From the NCBI RefSeq assembly GCF_009914755.1, contig NC_060934.1: a stretch of DNA of 64,000 bases; one strand, 5' to 3'. The notes beneath the pieces are model-generated. The model was not told the origin of the DNA. It made no database searches and worked only from the letters and a program-made list of their open reading frames with translations. This document shows, one piece after another, positions 14,414 to 23,120 of this stretch. A program made the position numbers and the translations under genes. Position 1 is the first letter of the stretch, and each line of letters opens with the position of its first letter. This DNA comes from the human T2T-CHM13v2.0 reference genome, Homo sapiens.

Positions 14414-15070
14414 TGAGGCAGGAGAATAGGGTCTGGAGGCAGGGAACTTAAGGCAAGTTGGTGCTGACTTCCTAAAGCTGAACCAAGGGAAAACACCAAA
14501 GTCTGGGGCAAGGAATCTAAGGCCAATTCGTGATAATGTCCTAATGTTAACTCAAAGGGAAAACACCTGAATCTGCGGGCAGGGAACCTAAGAGCAATTA
14601 ACACAAACTTCCTAAAGCTAAACCAAAAGGAAAAACCCCATCTCCCCACACCAGAGTAGCAAAGGATCAAAGGCTACCCTCCCAGCAATCCTCCCTAGTC
14701 CACCAGGCTCAGGTGGAAAGGAAAATGCCCAGGATTGGCGTGGGCCAAGTATGGACCATCCCGTCATCTGCATAGGGTGCCAATTCACCTCAGCCTTTAG
14801 CCACAGACCAAATCCACCATCCAGATAAGGGGGAGCCGATAGGGACCTCAAAAGGAGTACTTAAAACCCAGAAAACTTTGTAACTGGGCCCTTGAACCAC
14901 TTGCTGGGGCCCATTCCCACCCTGTGGAGTGCTTCCTTGCTTTAATAAATCCCTCCTTTTGCTGTTTCATTCCTGTGGTTCATTCCTTTGTTATTAATAC
15001 TTGTTTGCGTGTTTTGTTCAATTCTTTGTTCCAAAAACCAAGGACCTCATGGCCCATCCTTCCAGTAACA
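14414..15070 (+). mobile_element. Solo MER51-family LTR (ERV1)
   Basis: Starts TGAGGCAGGAGAATAGGGTCTGGAGGCAGGGAAC, ends GTAACA; perfect 4-bp TSD GTCC; internal AATAAA ~14944. Confidence 0.85.
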
Positions 15071-16077
15071 GTCCCAAATACTTGAAGTTCCCAACTTTCC
15101 TCATCTCCTGTGTTAAGACGGAAAGCCAAGTCCTACATTGATTATGAAATAAACACCCGTGACACCCAAGGTAACAAGGTAATGTGCTGATGGAAACGAT
15201 GTTGTGGGCTCTGACAACATACATATACTTAAGGTGTGATGTGTTTCCCTCCAGTGAGGGAAGCAGGCAAAATTGAGCAAAAAAAAAGTAATCCATTTCT
15301 CATCTCTTCTTATCCACAAGATCAATCTTTTTCAGTAGATTTTGTTTCAAAGTTTTGGTTGCTTTTATTTCTTGATGGGAAAGGGAGGCAGTCTTTGGAT
15401 TGAATGGAGTTGGGCTGTCCATAATTTGCTATAATTTTTAGTAAATGGTATATTGGCCCTTAACTGCACTGCATGTCAGGTCAATGACATGGAAAGTCAT
15501 TTAGGTAAATGTTTTGCCTTAGCACATTCAGGATTTTCCTACATAAATACCATCTCCTAGTGTTTTCTTCCCTTGTGGTTGGAAAGTTCTTGAGATGTCT
15601 TTGGGTTTACCAATCAATTTTGTGTGATGGGGAGAAGATGGAGGAAACTAGCAATTTGGGTCAAAGCCCCAGTGACTATGGAGATGATACTGTTTTTAGT
15701 AGTACTTAAAAAAACAACAAAAACAAAACATTTCATTGAGAATTCAGGGACAGCCCAAGTCATGCCTTCATAGCGAAAAGCAGAGGAGATAACTGTAGAA
15801 AGAGTTGGAGTGTTGTTAGAAGTGATGCCGACAGGGAGTAAGAGTTTAAGGGTAAACTGGAGGCAGATGAGAATAAATTGCTAAGTGAAAAACATAAATA
15901 TCTTGGGTAAGCTTTCTCAGTTGGAAATAGACAAACTAGAGACATTTTTTTTCTTAGCAGATTTTAGGCATCTTTTCATTCATTCATGTTGACTTTCTCC
16001 TTTTTCCATGTAAAATACGTGGAAACGTGTAAGCATATAGAGGCAACAGATTATAATGGTAAAAAGCATGGTACAGG

Positions 16078-16264
16078 GCAGTGGTTCTCAAAGTGTGATC
16101 CCTGGGCCAGCAGTATTAGCATCACTGGAAATGTGTTAAGAATGTGGATTCTCAGGCCCTATTCCAGACTACTGAATCAGCAATTTTGGGAGCAGGGGCA
16201 CTAATCTGTGTGCTGACTAAACGTCTCCAGGTGAATCCAATATATAAACATTTGCGAGTCACTG
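16078..16264. mobile_element. MER5A (hAT-Charlie MITE)
   Basis: CAGTGGTTCTCAAAGTGTG...TCACTG termini. Confidence 0.8.
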
Positions 16265-16269
16265 GTCTA

Positions 16270-16460
16270 ATTATTGTGAGCATGACATCTGGAGCCAGAT
16301 GGGTGAATTAGGGCAATTTATTTTTTGGGCTGTTTGATTCCCATCTGTAAAGTGGAAACAGTACCAAACTTACAGTGTTATAATAAAGATTAAGTGAGCT
16401 AAAGTATGTAAAATCCTTAGCATAATGCCTGGCCACTATAAGTGCTATATAAATATAATA
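16270..16460. mobile_element. MIR fragment
   Basis: CCCATCTGTAAAGTGG...GATTAAGTGAG...TTAGCATAATGCCTGGC. Confidence 0.7.
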
Positions 16461-18544
16461 TTAATAATACTTTTTACTGGTTTTATTTTTTCACAGGCTA
16501 TGTTTCACAATTGCTAGTAAGCCTTTGTGTTTACCAAAACAAAACAAAACAAAAAACAAAAACGACGAAACGACTTTTCTCCTAATATCTTAGAGTTATT
16601 TTCCTTGGCTCAAGGCAGTATTTCTCAGCATGTGTTCCACGGATCATTTGTATCAGAATCACCTGAGAATGCAGATGCTAAAGTCTCACCCAGATCAAAA
16701 ATTTGAATTCTTTGGCGATACTTCTGCATCCTGAAATTTCAAAACCATTACTCTTGGATAACAAAGACTATAATCTTCATTTTGCAAATGAGCACATGAG
16801 ACACAGGGATAACATATACTTAGAGAAAGCCAGTCTCAGTCGACTCAGGAATAAGAACTGGATTTCTGATTTTGTGTTATATTAAAAAACTATATTGTCT
16901 GTAGTTTTATTTACATTATCAGAAATTTGACCAGAGTTGTGCTACTTTGTTTACTGAGATCCATTATTATTTAATCTAAAAATAACCTTTACCTTATAAA
17001 TCTGGGAGGACAAGAACAATGAGTTCCTGGTAAATATGCATAGACTATGATTCACACTTAGCTGTAATTATTCCAGTTGTGGACTACGTATCTGAACAGA
17101 ACTCCTATTTTCTAGATTTAGAGAAAGGGCTCAGGGAGGTTGAAAAAAATTGTCAAGAGTCACATGATTAGAAAATGGTAGAACCAGTTAGAGCTGAGTC
17201 TCTCAATGGCCAATCCAGTGCCCTTTCACCACATCCTGTAGTCTTAATCCTTGCTTATTTAAATGATTTAAAGCTGTATTTAAATATTTTTTAAAACTCA
17301 ACCTATACTGCTCACATAAAATATGATTTCAGTAGTTTGTGACCTTTATTTTATTTAAAGATATGTTAATGTCACATCTTCCTCTTTATAATAGTGATAA
17401 ATCAATCATATAAAGACAACTAATAACCCATATGCCCATTACATACTGCTTTTTCATCAGTGCAAATTTGGTTGTTCTAAAGCAATTAGATTGACTTTTC
17501 AGGCTGTGTTGAAAAACTCCTTGGGCTTTTCCACCCATGGTCATAGGTCATGTACCCATAGTTCTATTAAAATACAATAAAGCTCCTACACAGTATATAT
17601 GTTCATTTAGACAACTTAGCTCTTAATTTTGAGGCATGCATAGGGATATTTATCTCTATCTACAAAGCATGCTTATATAATTGGGGGAGGGAGATAATCA
17701 TCCCCGCCCCACTTCCTGTCTTATCTTATAAAATGATTTTCCTTTGTGTCGATTGTTTGTTCTATTCTTATTACATATGACCGTTAGCATATTGCATTTA
17801 TTTTTTTCCACTTGCCTTTCCTGCTAAGGAGAGAATATTTGTATTCTTAGTGCTTCCATTCACTACTCCCTCTACTTAAGGTAAGTTTCTTCCCATCTTA
17901 CACTTACCTGGTTCACTACTACTTACTACCTAGGCAGTTACTCCTCATTCTTGGGGTTTCAGCTCAATTGTCACCTCCTCATAGTCTTTCTTTCCTTTAT
18001 CTCTTTATATATGTTCTCTGCTCCTGTACCTTGCACCCTTTATCACTTCACAGTGTTTATTTCTTCGTGGTACTTATCACAACATGCTATTGTCTTATTT
18101 ATTTGTTTGCATTTTTATCTCTAGCTCTCTCTCTCTACCCACTTGGCTGTAAGAGCCACGTAGACAGAAGATGTGCCTATTTCGTCCCAGTACCAAGCAC
18201 AATGCCTGATACATAGTAGAGGCTCAATGAACATTGGTTGAATGAATGAATATGTCTTATGCAAGATGGTGTAGAATTTTGTTGTCTGCTTTGAGGAGTG
18301 TGTGTGTGTCTGTGAGTGTGTGTGTCAAACCTTGATCCCTTAAAAGAATCTCTTTTGGATTATTCTCTTTACTGATAGACACTAACATAGACATAGGATT
18401 ATCTACCTACTCAGTTACCTTGATTCCAGACCTATTAAATGGACCAGAACTCCTAGAGCATTTGGAACTTTGTGCCTTATCTTGCATGGACCTAGATTTC
18501 TTAGCACTCTGGACCGCAATGGACTGTCTTCTAGAGCTTGTACT

Positions 18545-18862
18545 CTAGGGTAGCCTCTGGCCACGGGTGGCTAGTCAGCACTTGAAATGTGGCTAGTGTG
18601 AAGTGCCTTGTGCTGTGAGTGTAAAATACAAATCAGATTTTGAAGACTTAGTGTAAAAAGTGTAAAATATATCATTAATACTTTTACATTGTTTACTTAT
18701 TGAAATGATAAAAATTTGGATATATTGGGTTACATAAAATTTACTATTAAAATTAATTTCAGTCTTTTTCTTTTTACTATCTTAATATGCTATTTGAACA
18801 TTTGAAATTATTTATAAGGATCCTACTTCTGGTTCACATTGTATTTCTATTGGGCAGTGCTG
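18545..18862. mobile_element. MER33/MER3-like DNA transposon
   Basis: AGCACTTGAAATGTGGCTAGTG ... ATTGGGCAGTGCTG. Confidence 0.7.
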
Positions 18863-20649
18863 TTCTAGATCCAACTAGCTCATCCCAGCTGTTTGGCAAT
18901 GTAGGTTGAAGGGGATCCATTGAAGGGAATACTATAATTGCAAGAGTCTCTCATATTCTGCATCTTTCTCATTAGATATGCACTTGGGAAAGGATTGGTG
19001 CCCTGGGAGACTAGCTCAGGTGCCTCCCCCGTACAACCTCAATGTGAAATCCCGAGGCCCACACACAGTTTGTGTCCCAAGACACAGAAATTTTAAATGT
19101 CTTGCCAGTGGTCATATATCTTCCTTTAAAATAAAGCTAGAACCAGAATCCAGGTCTTTTGATTGTGCTTAGTTCATTTGATTACTTACAGAAGGATCTA
19201 CGAATACAATTATGTCTTCTTTTAAGTTAGATACTAGAGGATTTTAAAGAATTGTTAATAAGTTATATAGGTTTTCTAAAAGGATCAATGAATGAGGAAA
19301 TTATACTTCGGACTTTAGATGGTTAAGTAAATGGAATACCATAGTTTATACTTTGATACATTAAATAAGCAGAAACTCTTTCTGTTATTATTGCCACCCA
19401 TACTGTGGCAGAGCACTAAACCGGGATGACCTTTACTTAGCATAGGAGCATACATTGCAAAGAAAAATTTAAACAAAAAGTCGGAAATGAACATGAAATC
19501 TACTTGTAAGTAAATATAAATCTAATAACCACTCTTTGCATAACTATAAAAACTCATTTGGAGACCAACCACTGCGGTTTGAAAAACTGGTTGCTGTGTC
19601 TTCTTCCAAAAACCCTCATCACTGGTGTGTCAGGCAGACTTCTCTTCTTGGGTGAGGAGATTGATTTTTAAGTTAGCTTCATCATCATGATCTTCCCATT
19701 CATTCACTAATTTAGCAACTATTTAGCCAGAGCCTACTATGTGCCAGGTAGTGTTCTGGGTGCTCAAGGTACCTCAGTGACCAATGCAGACAAAGATTTT
19801 TGCTCTTTTGGAGCTTACATTCCAGTCCTTAAGTATTTTCTCAATAGGAAGGATGACATGAAATAGTACAGTGAATCTAAGCAGTGCCTGCTTAGAATGC
19901 CATGAGGGACATTTTTGTTAGTTGGGAATTAAAGTAAGTTGGATATTTTCTATTTGTGTCTTTCTTGGGGAATTTGAAAATAGAGGTGCATATGGAAAGT
20001 GGAGCTAGCTGTGCAAAACACTACTTTTCTGGTACCAGTCTACTTTTGGAGTGTCAGAAGACACTTAAATTCTCTAATAAGCGTCAAAACATCAATTAGA
20101 TTGTGTTAAGAAATTTACCAATAATTTGGGGGACTTGGCATACTTGCTCAGTTCTTCTTTCTTCTGCTGGGATATCCCAACCTTTAGCTAAATAGAAGTC
20201 TTAGTTCTTATCTCTCAATTCCAGGAACTCCCAGTCAGGATGATTTCCCTTCTCACTCAACACAGGCTCCTTCTCATTCTCCCAGAGCTCATGAGTCCTC
20301 CCCCTTGCTCTCTCCCTTACACATCTTTACTTGCATACATTTTTACACGTTCCCCTCCATTCTGGCCCCCAAGCAGAGATTCCTTAAATATGACTTTTTT
20401 TTCTCTCCTTAAAGCACAGCTGGTAGATTTCTCCATTACTCCCTCAGCTAAGATGAGCCTAGACAAGTATGTTTTAATCATTTCTTTAACTGACAACAAG
20501 AAAGATGATTTGATAATTTGCCTAAAATGAGCAGATGCTCAGGAGGACACGTCTCCATCCTATGTCCCTTCTGTCTAATTTCACCTAGAAATGAAAACTA
20601 CTCCCTTCTCCCTCTTTTCCAGGCAAAAGGCTGATTTAACTAAGCATGC

Positions 20650-23120
20650 AAGACGCCAACACCCTCCCCCTCAGTACGTCCAAGTTTCCTTCGCTCTGAG
20701 CCACCGAATCTCTGCTTCTCCCCCCTCTGCCGCCCACCCTACGCCACCCACGCAGGTTTCCGAGTCATCCGGAACGCGAGTGGGTGCGAGGACTCGGCAG
20801 GCTGCCTCCCGCGCCCCCGCCGCCCGCGGGCCGCCTCGGGTTCAGCACTGGACAGCTCCCTCCCCGGCCCCACAAATGGCAGTCGGCTGATTGACAGAGG
20901 AGCCGACCAAACAGGGAACAAGACGACTTGCAGCCGCCCTACAAGGGTTTGGTTGCGGCCAAGCTGCCTCTTTAAACTGGCTTTCCTCCCCCGAGGAGGG
21001 AGCAGGGAGAGAGGGTGGAGTGTGGTTTGCGGCCAAACCTAAAGGCTGCAATTAACCAGCCGCCCGGCCTTCGCTACTCCGGACAGACGAACGTCTTAAA
21101 GGACGTCTTCGCTCCTCGGGAGTCGCGGCTGCGCTCGCGGTGCGGGTCTGGGCGCGCGCCCCGCGCCTCCGGGCGAAGCGGTCGAGGAGGAGCCAGTGCC
21201 GGGAGGCGGGAACGACCTGCGGCGGGTGAGACTATGGAGCAGCGTCTTCGGCGGCCGCGGCGGCAGCAGCAGCAGCAGCTTCTGAACGCGCCTCAATGAG
21301 AGCGGCGGTGGCGGCAGCCGGGCCGAGAGACGGACTCGGGCTGACTCCAGCCGCTGGGAGCGCGAGGCCATGTAACCCGCTCGGCTCCAGGCTGCGAGGT
21401 GCGTAATCCCCAGCCGGCCCCTCGCGCAGCGGGCACGGCCAGCGCTGCCACAGGTGACTTGATTTCTGCGACGGTAGCTTAGCCACCCGGGGCCAATCTC
21501 GAAACATTCTTATTTTCAAGTCCTTTGGACTGGGTGCCATCTGGAGAAGGGGGAAGACTCCTCGAAAAAGTCTGACTGTTGAGAAACTGACGATCCAAAT
21601 TTAAAAAGTGATTCCCCCCCCTCCCGTTCCCTCCTCTTCTCTCTGGGAGGCAGATGGGAGCCATGGCTTACCCCTTACTCCTCTGCCTCCTGCTTGCTCA
21701 GCTGGGATTGGGAGCTGTTGGCGCCAGCCGCGACCCCCAAGGACGGCCGGATTCCCCTCGAGAGAGGACCCCGAAGGGGAAGCCGCACGCCCAGCAGCCG
21801 GGTCGAGCCTCTGCCTCGGACTCCTCGGCTCCCTGGAGCCGCTCCACCGATGGCACCATCTTGGCGCAGAAACTCGCCGAGGAGGTGCCCATGGACGTGG
21901 CCTCTTACCTCTACACCGGGGACTCCCACCAGCTGAAGCGAGCCAACTGCTCCGGCCGCTACGAGTTGGCGGGCCTGCCGGGGAAGTGGCCAGCCCTGGC
22001 CAGCGCGCACCCCTCCTTGCACCGGGCGCTGGACACACTGACACACGCCACCAACTTCCTCAACGTGATGCTGCAGAGCAATAAGTCGCGGGAGCAGAAC
22101 TTGCAGGACGACCTGGATTGGTACCAGGCGCTGGTGTGGAGCCTTCTGGAGGGCGAGCCCAGCATCTCCCGGGCGGCCATCACCTTCAGCACCGATTCGC
22201 TGTCCGCACCGGCCCCACAGGTCTTCCTCCAGGCCACGCGCGAGGAGAGCCGCATCCTGCTCCAAGACCTGTCCTCCTCCGCACCCCACCTGGCCAACGC
22301 CACTCTGGAGACCGAGTGGTTCCACGGCCTCCGGCGCAAGTGGAGGCCCCACTTACACCGCCGCGGCCCCAATCAGGGGCCCCGGGGCCTGGGCCACAGC
22401 TGGCGGCGCAAGGACGGGCTCGGCGGGGACAAGAGCCACTTCAAGTGGTCTCCGCCTTATCTGGAGTGCGAGAACGGGAGTTACAAGCCCGGGTGGCTGG
22501 TTACTCTTTCCTCTGCCATCTACGGGTTGCAGCCTAACCTGGTCCCGGAATTCAGGTAGGGAGGGCCGGGGGGCAGGGGGGAAGGCAAAAGCGAAGCTTT
22601 CCTTCCGGTCTTGTGGGTGGGTGCACGTGTGAGGAAGGAACCCTTGGCTGTGACGCGAACGCTTCTCACCCTCAGAGTAGAGACCCGGGCTGAGGGACAC
22701 CCCACGCGGGCGCGGGTGCTTGGGGGCAAGAAGCGCCCCACGCCCGTCAGCTTCCGGCGCTCGGCGAAAGCCATTCATTCTCTCGGACCAGTTTCCCCGC
22801 ACTGGGCGAGGGACAGGCAGCCCTTGGCAGGACGGAGACACCCCCGCTGCTCTGTGCTTCCCTCCAATTGTCCGGAGAGCAGGGAGGGGCGTTCCCCACC
22901 GGGGGGCGATGCGACAACTTGGCGAGCGCCGGGTGTGTCCGCGGAGTGGCAAGCCTCAGATGAGAGGCGAAAAGGGAGCAGGAGGAACAGAGAGTTCCTT
23001 GTTTCTGCCACTTTGGGGTAGCCTCTGCCTGCTTCCTACGTGTGCAGTTGGGGGCACCGGTCTGTTGTTAGTCAGAGCTTATAATTAAAACTGTGCCATC
23101 TCCTCGCAGTTCCGGCCCCT
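20650..23120. promoter_or_regulatory. CpG island / GPR158 promoter, 5' leader, exon 1 and start of intron 1
   Basis: Sharp rise in GC and CpG density against AT-rich flanks. EGR1-type CGCCCCCGC 20812-20820, TGATTGACAG 20888-20897, palindrome GGGCGCGCGCCC 21150-21161, GGCCAATC 21491-21498, E-box CACGTG ~22624. Confidence 0.9.
21654..22555 (+). CDS. GPR158: GPR158 coding exon 1 (codons 1-300 plus 2 nt of codon 301): signal peptide and extracellular Cache-domain region; gene continues beyond the window
   Basis: ORF MGAMAYPLLLCLLLAQLGLGAVG...WSPPYLECENGSYKPGWLVTLSSAIYGLQPNLVPEFR matches my recollection of the human GPR158 N-terminus. Hydrophobic signal peptide; sequons N98 (NCS), N143 (NKS), N215 (NAT), N274 (NGS); Cache-like EWF and WSPPYLE motifs. 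Ends at donor TTCAG|GTAGGG (phase 2) and lies in a CpG island. Confidence 0.96.

Noticed and set aside
14430-14640. Three imperfect direct repeats
   Set aside because: Internal to the MER51-family LTR.
21454-21653. Possible 5'UTR intron (CAG|GTGACT ... pyrimidine tract ... CAG|ATG)
   Set aside because: Donor is weak and other AGs precede the CAG; no support without transcript data.
21675-22952. Two abutting antisense ORFs (225 aa and 199 aa) separated by one stop
   Set aside because: Same codon register as GPR158. Antisense stops need TTA/CTA/TCA sense codons, which are rare in GC-rich coding DNA, so this is the expected shadow; no recognisable protein.
20591-23088. Many other overlapping Pro/Arg/Gly/Ala-rich ORFs
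   Set aside because: Stop-codon scarcity in a CpG island; many start at non-ATG codons.
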